Below are positions 1 to 11,733 of a DNA stretch of 64,000 nucleotides, piece after piece. Position 1 is the first letter of the stretch. Each line of letters starts with the position of its first letter. The stretch spans positions 82,460,001-82,524,000 of the forward strand of contig CM059438.1 of NCBI GenBank assembly GCA_030390025.1. The letters run 5' to 3'. This stretch comes from Squalus acanthias (lineage: Eukaryota). Under the pieces are notes generated by a model. That model saw only the letters and a list, made by a program, of their open reading frames with translations, was not told where the DNA came from and did not search any database. The position numbers and the translations under genes were made by a program.

Positions 1-1929
1 TGCAGATTTCTCTGCCTTTTGGGGCATCAGCAATTCTGTCTCAGGAATCATTGAAGTGGACTAGTTATGGGTTCTATACTCCCAAAAGAAACATGCAAAA
101 GATTGCCCTTTTTGAAATCAGTTTATTACAGTACTAAATCAGTTGAAGGATATTTGGCCTTATTGATCAGTTGAGCTGCTAGATCTTGAATTCTCTTGCA
201 AGTAATACAGGAACAATCAAGTTTTAGACAATTTTTATCCAGAGTCACTGCCAGTTTCAAGGCTGCCATTGGTAGATAAGTCAACGACAACCTCCAGATC
301 TTCAATAGGAAATGCAGACTCGGAGTAGTTAAATTGTCCATGGTAAACCTCAAATACTCTGAATTTCAGTCCTCAATATGAGGGGGGCATGGGGTAGGGT
401 TCACGTGGTTAATATGAAACAGACTTTCATAGTGGATCTGGTCTACCTCTATTATTACTGTTCCACCGAGTGCCATCCTTAAAACCACAATGATCCCTCG
501 TTAGAGGAACCTCACAGGATCGTAAGGGTAGTTTTGTTAAACAAGTTAATTTTGTGTGTGAACAAACTAGTAGCTGTGCAATAAAATATTCTCGGTGCTT
601 CTTGGGTGACTTCATCTGGAAATGTAATCTCGATAGTATGAAAAATTCACCAATTCCATGCTCCCAATAGGAAGGGAATGGTTGGAGATGAGGCTACAAT
701 ACTGCAGCACCAATTCTGATCCATCCTCCCTTTAAGCGTGGCTCCCCACTAGGAATTTGGGTAACAAGAGAAAGATGTCCCCCTGTCTGAAGTCTTCACA
801 CTGATCACTGTAAATGATTTTCCAAAGTTGCTGAAATGCTTTTTTTTGGGGTGGGGGGGGGGGGGGGAAGTCACAAGTTGAAGCCATTATCTAATCATAC
901 TAAAGGCATTTGTGCAGAGTTGTCTGCTACTGGAATGGCTTTTCTGTAGTTCGTACAAATTTCAAAGCCTAGAATCAGCATGAAGGAAACATTTTCTGGA
1001 AAAAAACATGAACGAACTTAAACTGTAAAAAATACCAAAGGTAAAGCCACAGGCCAAATGAACACGGTACTATTTTTTTTTTAAAAAGCTTTTATTTAAC
1101 CAGCTGGTGTGAAGATTAAGTAACGAATCGTAATAGCAGCAGACAATAATCATGTTGCAGCCAGGCGGGAGAGGGGCGGAATGAGGTGACTTTTTATAGT
1201 ATGGGAAGAAGTCAAATAGTTACCAAGCAAAATAAAATCGCCGCCATCACCCAACTCTATGATTTTTCAGTGGTGTGATTCAGTTTATTCATGGTATATG
1301 GTGGATTATAATTTAAGTTTAATTCTTACATTTACAAAAATGTTCTGCAGTTACCATTTTTTAATGCACAAATATTTCTGCAAAGAAAGGGGAAACTACA
1401 TACTGGTGACATTAATTAGAGCTTCCTACTGTTTTCGTTGTAAAAAAGGGCAATTAAACATAATTATGATTTACTAACCATTAAGATTAATTCCCAAATC
1501 GGAAATTGTCAAATAATTTAAAAAGTACTTTTAAAGCATTTGACAAAAAGCCCCTAGTGGTACTAATGTCCAATGTATTTTAAAAGTCTCAATGAAAAAA
1601 AAAATCTTAATTAGAGGCTCATTAGTATGTAAATGCATTCATGTTTTGTTACAACTGAGTAGGGATGGCTCTACAGAAAAACCTATTTAAAAAGTTATTA
1701 CAACAAATGCAAAGCTCACTATTGGTTGGTTTACAGATTTTTTTCCCCAGATAAGAAAAATAATGCTACTTTCTCATTTCAGATGTTGGCTATGCAACAT
1801 CTGGTTTAATGAGGCACTTCTGTTTGCTCTGACTTTTTGTTATAGTGGTGGCAAAATCTAAAAAATAGTCACACACATGCATAATTTTCTCTCAACCTTT
1901 TATATATACAAATTAACTGCTTGAAGACT

Positions 1930-2280
1930 CGAACAGCTGCTCTTCAATATCGTGCCATCATACAGGAGGCCAGATAGTGAGCATTATCAGGCTATTCAAT
2001 AATGTGGGGCGCTCAGCCCACTCCTGTCCTCTCCCAGCATCTACACCCGCACCCCCCCTCCCCGCCACACTGGAAGGAGTCATTCGATAGTGGTCAAGAG
2101 TGGAATCTTTGACCAATTCTACCCTACCCTTCCCTTCCCAGCAGGCCAAATTGCAGCACCCCTACTGCTACCCCAGATGAGATCAGCCAAGTCAGTACTG
2201 CCCAGGGGTTGAACTTGGGATCTTCTTTGTCTGAATCATTCAGTGCACACAAGGCAGTGAATTTACTACTGACCCCTCTG
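1930..2280 (-). mobile_element. Old tRNA-headed SINE-like element (family with GTTAGCTGATCTCAGC core)
   Basis: B-box-like CCCAAGTTCAACCCC on minus strand and ttggctgatctcatc core; similar to copies near 21540, 39400, 46630 and 61900. Confidence 0.5.
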
Positions 2281-2282
2281 TC

Positions 2283-2746
2283 TTTGGCCTCCAACATTGT
2301 TTTAATGAAGCTCGAGAACAGCACCTCATCTTTCAATCAGGCACTTTACAGCTCTCCGGACTCAAAATTGAGTGCAACAATTTCAGATCATAACCTCCGC
2401 TCCCATTTTGTCGGACAGCAGCTGTTGGTAATTATTCTGCTGTTGCCATTTACACCTCCTCTGAACCCATCTTTTGTTTCTTTACTTGTCCCATTACCAT
2501 CTCCTTTTGCCTTGCACCATCATCCCTTTTGTCATTTAATCTCTCCTGCCTTCCACCCTATCACAGATCTTCCCTTTTGTTCTTTCGTCCCCTCCTCCCT
2601 TTCCCTGCACTTGCTTAAAACCTGTTAAATCTCTAAATTTTTCCAGTTCTGATGAAAGGTCATTGACCTGAAACGTTAACTCTGTTTCTCTCTCCACAGA
2701 TGCTGCCTGACCTGCTGGGCATTTTCCAGCATTTTCTGTTTTTATT
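2283..2746 (+). mobile_element. Penelope-like element 3' fragment (family A): GIY-YIG C-terminus, 3' UTR and hammerhead-bearing terminal repeat
   Basis: aagctcgagaacagcacctcatcttt...aacaatttcag aligns with the end of the GIY-YIG ORF at 48251-48547; same tail acagatgctgcctgacctgctg...ccagcattttctgtttttatt. Confidence 0.85.
2645..2681 (+). ncRNA. Minimal type I hammerhead ribozyme motif, core intact (family A)
   Basis: AGUU-CUGAUGA-A-AGGUC(AUU)GACCU-GAA-ACGU-U-AACU: helix I AGUU/AACU, helix II 5 bp, palindromic ACGU in place of helix III, predicted GUU cleavage triplet. Confidence 0.8.
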
Positions 2747-3464
2747 AGTGAATTTACTAATGTGGATGTTGAGGGAACTTGTGTAAGTATATTTTGAGTG
2801 TTTTCTTAGGAAATTCAACACTTAAAAGGATTAATATATTTCTCCAAAGAATTTGCAATTCTGGATAGCGTTTAAAAAAAAACGACGGTTGTGTAGTGAA
2901 CAAGTGCTGTAATTTGCTGACGTACACTATCTGTCTGAATACTACTGAGATTAGTGAGTTTATCTGAAGAGCCATACTAGACATTTACAGGTGCTGCATA
3001 TGGAGTTCATGCTTGACTGAGTTATAGTGCTGCTGTGGTTTTTTTCTTTTAATATGCTGTGATAAGATTTTTTTTTTTTTAAATGGCAGCTAAATTGCAA
3101 GTAGTTCGAATAACGTAAAACAGACATCACTTTGATATGCAGCAAAGACATAAAATAATTTTAAAAATAAGAATGTTATTTGGCACTCTTCCCTCCTCAC
3201 CAAAAAAAAAATCATCTCCCACACCAGAGCTCAGCCTAACTGCTGCTGCCAGAAGATCAATAACTCTAATATGTTCCCATACATGGAGCAATCTTTCCAA
3301 GCGGCATGCAGTTAAACACTCACTGATCTATTTTTACATTTTCTTTTGGTGACGCTCACTTTAGAATTTATATATTTTTTTCACAATCAACATTAATTTT
3401 AAAATGCAATACCAAAATGACCTATGGGAAAGAATTAAACACTTTTAGAAAGGAAATGTATTGT

Positions 3465-3550
3465 GTAACTGTCTCTCTCCACAGATGCTGCCTGACCTGC
3501 CCTGTGTGTTTTTATTTCAGATTTCCAGCATCCACAACATTTTGCTTGTT
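3465..3550 (+). mobile_element. Penelope family A terminal fragment, no ribozyme core
   Basis: taactgtctctctccacagatgctgcctgacctgc...tttcagatttccagcatccacaacattttgc matches the family A tail. Confidence 0.7.
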
Positions 3551-4399
3551 TTTTTATTGTGGAACTGTGGGAAAGGCTTAACATAAGGAAGTTAAAACAT
3601 AAGAGAATGAAAGGGTTGTACAAATGCTTAATAAATGAGAAGCTGGAAAAGTAGTGACCACAGGTGGTGTTAGATCGAATGAAGAATGAATAGCATTTAG
3701 GGTGCGTGTAATCAGAAAATGGATTAAAAGGTTCTGTAGGCCAGAAAAATACAGGTGGATGCAGATCATCAAGTTTGTTGAAGTACTGCAACATTTAAAT
3801 GAAAAAGACAAAGCAGACTTATTCAAGTATAAAATATTTCAAAATACTGCGATAAAAGAATGTAACAGGATAGAAAAGAAACAACAGAAGTAGGTTGCAT
3901 TGAAATGGCAAACCCAAGAAACATGCCTCTCTTCAAAAATAGTAATATAAGTAAGATTGTGCATGTTTTGCTTTGAAGTGCAGAAGCATCGATAATTTAA
4001 AGTGAAAGCGGGGGTAGGGGGTGGGGTGTTAACATTAATAGTTTAAAAAAAAAATCAGAATTTCTTTCAGAACTGCAGTACTCCAAGATAATTTTTGGTA
4101 GTTTCCCCCCCCCCCCCCAAAAAAAGCAGCCAGTTTCTACAACTGTGTTTTGCTCAAACAATCTGTTGCAATACATTTTGAGGAAGGAGGAGAGAAGTAG
4201 AACAGAACAACAATGCAGTTTCTGATGGCTCAAACTCCAGCATCTTGTTGACAGTGACACGCTTGACCTGCTATCAAAGGCACTTGATGCAACAAGGTAT
4301 GAGCTACATTTGTGTTGCATTTAAAAAAAAAACTTAGTTTGTTAATTTTTATAAAAGAGTTGGAATTGAAAGAAGTTAAAAAGGTTTTATTATTATATA

Positions 4400-5160
4400 C
4401 TAACATTTCTGTAAATCAGCCATCACTAGTAGGATGACAAATAAAGGTTTAAATGTGCAATTTAATTGGAACAGTTTCATCTAACTAGACTAATTCACAC
4501 CAACATTATGGGATACATATCAGGAATAGAGCAGACTGCTTCACTCTGTGGAAAAGTGACAAAAACCTCCTCATTAATGCACTGGTTAAATGGCAGGGAC
4601 TGCAGTTGCTAGCTGTGCAAGGGCTAAACTCTTTGCTGCAGACTCCCACATCCTTTTCCTTATCTTACAGATTTCCCCCTCTCCCAACTGAGCGCCCTTG
4701 GAATGCATTGCAGCGCACCCTGTAAATCACAGTACACCCCACTGCCACCACCACCATCACCTCACCAGTCTTGTTTTAGGAACAGATGATAAATAAATCA
4801 AAGTGCACTAAGCAGTGCTTCCACATGGCAATCGCCTCCCTCATTCCTTCTGCAGCTCATCAATCAAACTATTGTCTACTTGAAAGCCAAGGCTTGTAAA
4901 TGTCATCTCCACTCAAGCCCAAGGAGAAGAAAATCAAAATGCTGCAAGGAGTTTTAATTGGATAGTGTAATTAAACTAAAAAACCCCGGTAGGCCAGCTT
5001 TGACAGGATAGCTAAGACCCCTTTTAATAGGCCTATGAAATAGTATTTGTTACAAGGAATATGCATCTCATGATTATTTGTTCTTGTACTTCCAATCCTG
5101 GTATTACTGTCGCTTGCTACAATCTCACTTAGGTTTTGAATGAGTTGAGTGATTTTTTAC
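4400..5160. promoter_or_regulatory. Candidate conserved intronic enhancer with PBX-HOX motif cluster
   Basis: No recognisable repeat. Co-oriented TGATTTAC (4411-4418, 4722-4729), TGATTTAT (4793-4800) and TTGATTGATG (4858-4867) on minus; TGACAG at 5001-5006. Conservation not tested. Confidence 0.4.
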
Positions 5161-6869
5161 ACGATCAAACTAGCACATTTTAGAGGGAAAGGAATACTCA
5201 TCTACTAATTAGAAGACAAAATGACTTGACGTTACATTAGCTTGTTCCACCTGCAATATCCGTAGTTAGGTTAAGAAATTAGACCGAATTCTGAAGTTTT
5301 TTTAAAAAAAAACAAAAGCTAGCACTTCTCCAAGGATTGGAATTTATATAGTTAACTGTTTTGAATACTGAATTTTCTTGGCACTTAACAGAACACAATT
5401 TTAATAATCACAAGAATGGCTTTTGCGGAGAGAGGGCGAAGAATAGAAAATAAAGACAAAAGAAAATGAGCACAAAAGATAATTTTGCCTGAAGGCATTT
5501 TTTTGTTATTTAGATCCCCTTCTCCCCTTACACGTTCGCAAGTTCAGAACAGGGAGGTGACCTGTTCCTAGGGCTCTGCTATGCTAACAGCCATTTGGAG
5601 GTGCGCAAGAGCAATCTGGGTTGCTTCTTCACCCTTCCCCACCCAATTATATTATAGAAAAAATAATTAATAAATTACTTATTCATAGTACCTTTTTAAT
5701 GAATAGTTAAACATACCTGTGAAAAGCAGTAATCACAGTATCCAAAATATTTTAAACATCTGTTATCGATATATTTTCTAATTGGCCAGGACTTGCAAGG
5801 GAACAACAAATCAGAGCAGAACTTCCTGTGGTCATGATGGAAATCATGACCAGTCAATCAGACTCGTGAACTGAACTGAACCAGGACAAGAAGAACGAAT
5901 CTATGTGGATTAGCATAGATGCAAGAAACAGTTAAAATAATGCTGATACCGACAAATACTGCCAAATCACATTAGAGGGGGTTTGGCAATTAACAGTTAG
6001 GGAAGGACAGTACTCCACAACATCGAGGCCAAAATATTATTCGTCAACACAAAATCTGGACTTTACCTCAACACAGCCTTGTCCCAACAAAAATGATTAC
6101 CGGTTCCAAATTACAACAAGGAGAAAAAATACACTTTTCTGTAAATGACTCCAACTGTAGTGCTACATCATTGAAAAAAATACATTGAACAGTATGAGGA
6201 AACGGGGAAATATGCCTTTACTTACCTATCACCAGTTGCTGCTGTTCTTATTCGGCACTCTATCCAACATGGATTAAGTAGCACCAAGTAGGGAAAATGC
6301 ATTAACAGAGAAATTTGCATGTGGCTTTTACATCTTGCCAAAAACAACAAATTGGCACCAGGGCTCAAGTATAGATTATCTTGTCTGACAACTGTGAAAG
6401 CATCCCAAGTTGTTCAAATGCAATATTAAAAACTGGACCAATATCAAGCTGGCACTTGCTGCTCTGTAATGAACCTATACCAGCACCTTAGGATTACTCA
6501 TATGGGTTATTTCTTAAACAAAATGTTTCTTCAGTAGTTTTAACGAAGCAGCTGAGGGCACTTGTACTGCCAGGTACTTTGCAAAAAAATATTGGCACTG
6601 GACTGATAATTTTGTGAACTCACTGCTCATATGTAATAAGTCACAGAAGAGGTCAGTATTAGTGGAAAGTCAGTAAACAGTAAGTGTATATTAAATGAAT
6701 TAAAATTACCTTCTTTTAAAGTTTACTTCCAGTGCAATCCATATTACAGCAAGATTCAAGGCATTAATTACACTGAACTGAGTAAACATAAGAAAGGGGC
6801 ACTGGAGGGCACAACACTACATTAGCATGTGTCAAGTATCTTTGGTTTTAAATGAAAACTACATAAAAG

Positions 6870-7620
6870 CATTTCTGCCATCAATTTTGCTATCACTAAC
6901 AGCCAGCATGAATTCTGCAAGAAAAGCTATTTTCGTGCAGATGTGAAATTCAATGAAAAAGACCGACTCTTGTAGGAACATCAATCAAAACGTCGGCTGC
7001 AGTGACAGATCTCAACGGTGAGGGAGGGTTAAAGGTCACAGGTTAAGGAAAAAGCCAAGCTCTGGTTCAGCTCTAATATCTCTGCGGTGGAAGTCTTGGA
7101 AAGGTACACCCTCCTGTATTAGCCTACCATCATTAATCTTCTTGCCACCTTCTTTAGCTAGTCAAGCAGAACCGCTCAATAGAAAACTATATGATGGGGC
7201 ACTACGAGGAAGGCCCAGTCCCCATTATCAGGTTAACATTCTGTTAAGCCCCTCTGCAGCAATGGAATGATAACTCTTGAAGAGATCAAGGTCACATGAT
7301 GTACTGCATGCAATTAATGACAAGTGGGATTTAACAGTATAGAGCAGTGCTCACAAAAGAAGAAACTGAAATGTCTTTGTTGCATTTAATAGTCTGAAAC
7401 GAAGCAATCTTTCATCCAGTATCAAGGTTTGACATATATATTAGCATACTATCATTTCCTTACATTTCCAAATGGTGCAGTACCAAATGCTTTTTACTGG
7501 CTTGTGCATAAACCAGGGAATAAAAGGTGCTAATTGGTTAAATCAATGCATCATTGCAAAGGCACCGCATCTAAAAAGCTATTTAAATATTGGCTGGATT
7601 GGCGAGCCATTTTGAAAGGT
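6870..7620. promoter_or_regulatory. Candidate conserved intronic enhancer with PBX-HOX plus MEIS site pair
   Basis: TTGATTGATG (minus, 6979-6988) 14 bp from TGACAG (7003-7008); several TAAT cores; no recognisable repeat. Confidence 0.38.
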
Positions 7621-7934
7621 GGATTTAAAGTATTGTTGATTCTATACTGTGAAGTGCACCAAATAAACTAGGATTAAGACCACTATCCTTCAAGAGAAAA
7701 AAATGAACCAACTGGAACAATGAACTGCAGAGGGATGCACTAAAATGTCGAATTTTTTTTTTTTACTATGTATGGGATTTTCAACATTATTCTATAAAAT
7801 GTGAAGCATTCTTGCCACAATACATATTTAACACATAACATGCATCATCAATTTAGTGGTGTTTTGGCTGTTGTAAAACAATTCCTACTAACCAGTTTTT
7901 TAAAATCAACAACTAATTTTGGACAATTAAACAT

Positions 7935-8370
7935 CAACTTGCGTTTATATAATGCCTTTAATATGGAAAAAATGTCCCAAGGCACTTCACAGATATAATA
8001 AAAAAAGAGAATGATAAGGCAGAGAAGCATCTACTAGTAGGGGTGACTAAAAGCTTGGTCAAAGAGGTGGGTTTTAAGTATTGAGATGCGCCTTCATTCA
8101 TCTAGCCCCTATGCTCTGGAATTCACTCCCTAAACCTCTCCGACTGCCTATCCCATGGCATTAAGAGGGAGCAGGTAGTTCTTTCAGTGCCCTGGCCAAC
8201 ATTCCTCCCCCAAGAATACTACCAAAAACAGATTATTCAATCATTCAACTCAATGCTGTTTCAGATATTGCTGTGTGCAAAAATGACAGCCAAATTTTTA
8301 TGCACAACAGTCACTACCCTTCAAAGCAATTAAGTGTACAGAAAGTGCTTTAGATGTTTGAGGAATGTGC
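7935..8370. mobile_element. Composite of L2 3' fragments (both orientations) and a Deu-domain SINE fragment
   Basis: 7935-8080 is the reverse of the L2 tail at 18080-18226; 8115-8150 ctctggaattcactccctaaacctctccg is L2 sense; 8150-8370 is the sense version of the SINEs at 11320 and 14280. Confidence 0.65.
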
Positions 8371-9499
8371 ATGTTTTTGTTTCGAAAAGAATGTCTCAGT
8401 CAACCCACTAGGTGTACAATGATTTGCACCCTCCACCCCACAAACATTTTCTTTATTTGGAAATAATTGTTTTACATTATGACCAATATTTTTTTTTAAA
8501 GAGAAAAAAGAGGCTGTTAATCTTTAACTGAAGATAGAGAATTACTTTCTGAAAGAAGCACAAGTGACCTTCCTATAAACCATTTGTGATACAGTAGCTA
8601 GTATAACCTCACGGGTAGCAAGCTGGAGTTCTTGCAGAAGCCGAGGGGGACGTGAATCCATAAGTAAAACAATCATGCTTTATCATTTTAAATCTCAGTT
8701 CCCACAAGAAAGTAGTTTTTTTGTTTTCCCCTTCAAGAGTTCAGTACTGTAATACTGTCCTGAAATAAGATAAATAAAAATTCTGATGTTACAGAGTTTA
8801 AAACCAACAAGCACTACTTAATATTTACATACAATACTGAAAAACTTCTCGAAGCAAGTTTAGATCTTGTTTCTAAAGGATAAAAAATTTAAAATCAAAA
8901 CAATGTCAACCTCGAGACTAGAATCTTGCATCTTATCCTTCTTCAAGCAGCTTTAACATAAATCCCCAAAAGCAATACTTGTCAAATTAACTTGAATATC
9001 TATGTACAGACGAAAAATGGTTCTGATAAAATACAAAAATACCCCCCCATTAACTTCTTCCTAATTAGCATTACTGCTTTATGTACAATTCTGTAGCTTG
9101 CATTTTTTAAATAGAGCAGGAGTGAGATAAAAAAATCTGACTGACATTAGAACACCAATAACTGATTGGTAGTGGCAGATCATATTAAATTCTCAACTTA
9201 ACAAATTTGACCGGGTTTATCACCAGCAAATTCTGATGGATTAACAGGGCACCATTGCGCAGAGTGTGACAAAATGTTGTTCAACCTTTAGACGGCTGAA
9301 AATTTAGAAATTGATTTCAGTAACATAATACAGATACGCAGCTAGCAGTTTAAAGGATAAAAAAATGTATCATAGGCACCACTGTCTTATCTAATATTAA
9401 ACCTGTGGACAATATGCAGCTCTAATTTTTCTATTTGAGTGCATGCACTCACTCACACAACAACACAAAGATAGAGCGCATAAATGTAGTACTACATAC

Positions 9500-9637
9500 T
9501 TGGACTCTTTTCTTCCACAAGGTCACAAGCGCAGAGTAGATCAGAATCAATTGAAATGGGTTTCTGTTTAATCCAGAACTTGGTGCTGGCCTTCTGATTA
9601 GTAACAGGGTCTATCTCCACCTTTTCTCCCGAGATAC
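9500..9637 (-). CDS. MAPKAP1: MAPKAP1/SIN1 internal coding exon, 138 nt, phase 1-1 (PH domain)
   Basis: attcacAG|GT ATC TCG...AGT CCA A|GTATGT. Translates (G)[45 protein letters not shown](S), almost identical to the recalled human SIN1 PH segment. Confidence 0.97.
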
Positions 9638-11314
9638 CTGTGAATCAGTGGGGATATAAACCAGTGGGCCGTGTAAGTGATTTTATATCAACCATTTGAC
9701 ACACTTTATAAATCTTAATGGAATGAACACATAAAGTACTCTCTTAAGCCTTCCAAAACTCAGAGTTTTTCTGCAGCATATGAAGTGAAGACTGAATATA
9801 GAGCAGATTTCTAGACCACCAAATAAATTAAAAAATGATAAAATAGTGTCTGAAATGGATACTGTACTCTTCAAAACAGCAGTGGTGTAGTATCCTGCAT
9901 TTTGGCACCACTTAAATAGAAGCTGCTTTATTCAGCTTAACATAAGTAAGGTCTCCAATTAGTACTAGGGAGTCACAGAGACAAATAAAACAGTCATAGC
10001 ATTCCCCCAGCTATTTATAATATAAAACTATATGAATTTATCAGATTTTTGAGTTATGGCCAATTGTGGTTTGATGAGATTATAGTAGTTATATTATTAT
10101 GGCAATACAAAAGCCAATTTCTCTTAATGCATATTGTGTATTACAAAGTAATAAGAAAATGCCAAATTCGAAAGATGTCATCCAGACCCTGAGACACAAT
10201 GGTGTTCAAATCCGTGAATTTTGATATATACACAAGACTCATCAAGATCAAATTTAAACTATACATTTTGTTACTCATGACTTATCAAATCAAGCTTTGC
10301 GGGGAGAAAGCCAGCTAAGGGTCTTGATAGTGTACGGTGACGAGAATGAGGATGAGTTGACAGCAAACAAAGCTTCATGGTGTGGAAGCAGAGTTAATGT
10401 CACAATATAACTATGCACTACTTGAAGCAACAGAATGTTGCATGACTCATATGAGGGTACTGAATGTTCAATTGGAAGTTTTATATGGGTGTATAATAGA
10501 ATCTTGTGCACATTATAGTCAAAATTCTACAGCTCTAGGTAATAATTTTTAAGTATCATTCAAATAAAACTCGAAAACATATTAGTGGATGGGAAAAATC
10601 CACAACATTGTAATGGCACTTGAGCTCTGTCAGTTGCTTTTTTTTTTAAAAAGAGAAATAAACCTTTTAATGCTGTGCTAGATCTATCTATATTCTGTTC
10701 AACCTATGGAAAATCTACTTATTCTGTCAAAAAAACACCCTTCTTGCGAAGGGATGCACTAGTAATCATTCAGTGGCAACTTGCAAGTTGAACTTACTTT
10801 TCTCAACCGTAAACACAAATATAGTTTTCTAATGGAGGATAGAAATGAGCCATCACTTTCAACTTCATTGTGCTATTTAAAAGCCTTCAAATTTACTTGT
10901 ATTTGGTTCGAGTTCACATTTAGTGCACAACTATTTTTCTTAACTTAAGAATGGCAACAGTGTCCGAATAATTTGGAAATCTGGCAAAAATTCTACGTTA
11001 AGCACTGCTGTTCAAAAATTTTAGTGTCAGATTGTAGTTTATGTAAATTTGAAGTGAAAATGCAAGTTCACAAAAACAGCAGCTGCATAAATCATTAGCA
11101 AGAGAGACAACAGAATAAAATGCTTTACAACACTTCAGTGAATTTTAACGTGTAATTAGTTTTCATAATTTCAGACTTTCAATGTGATCAATAGGCTATA
11201 GTCACCATTTCTGTCCTTATGTTTAGCGGTATGGTTTTTTTTGGTTTAATTTTCGTACAACAACTGACAGTTAAAAACCATTCAACATGCTTGAATAACA
11301 TTTAGAGAATGAAT

Positions 11315-11733
11315 GAACTTAAGATTTATATAGCACCTCATCACATCCTAAAGTGCAGTCACTGTTCTTACATGGGTAAATGTGGCAGCCAATTAGTTCA
11401 CAGCAAGTTGCCACAAACAGTAAATGAACGAATGACTAGGTAATCTGTTTTTTTGGTGGTTTTAGGCAAAGGAGAGATATTGGCCACCAAGTGAACTTTA
11501 TGCTCTTCGAATAGTGCCTTGGGATGTTTAATGTCCACTTGAGTAGGCAGACGGGGGGGGGGTCTTGATTTAACATCTCATTTGAACGATGGCACCACTG
11601 CCAATGCAGCACTTCTTCAGTACTGTACTCAAGTATCAGCCCAGATTAAGTGCTCAAGTCTGAAGTGGAGCCTGAACCCACAACCTTCTGATTCAGACAA
11701 GAGTGCTTGCTACCAATTGAACTAAGCTGACAC
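11315..11733 (-). mobile_element. Deu-domain SINE (SacSINE1/AmnSINE1-related) with tRNA-derived head and L2-type tail
   Basis: Minus-strand head tgtcagcttagttcaattggtagc...gtgggttcaggctccac; Deu-like core tgagatgttaaatcaagaccc...gtctgcc...gtggacattaaacatcccaaggcactattcgaagagca; tail gtgctatataaat. Confidence 0.75.

Noticed and set aside
126-615. Short minus-strand ORFs as the next SIN1 exon (HAIFKLTYLSNHDYK...)
   Set aside because: No similarity to that segment; the exon appears to lie outside the window.
6221-6260. Perfect minus-strand donor AG|GTAAGT with a possible 34-nt frameshifting micro-exon
   Set aside because: Poor acceptor context and no SIN1 similarity; such donors occur by chance in long introns.
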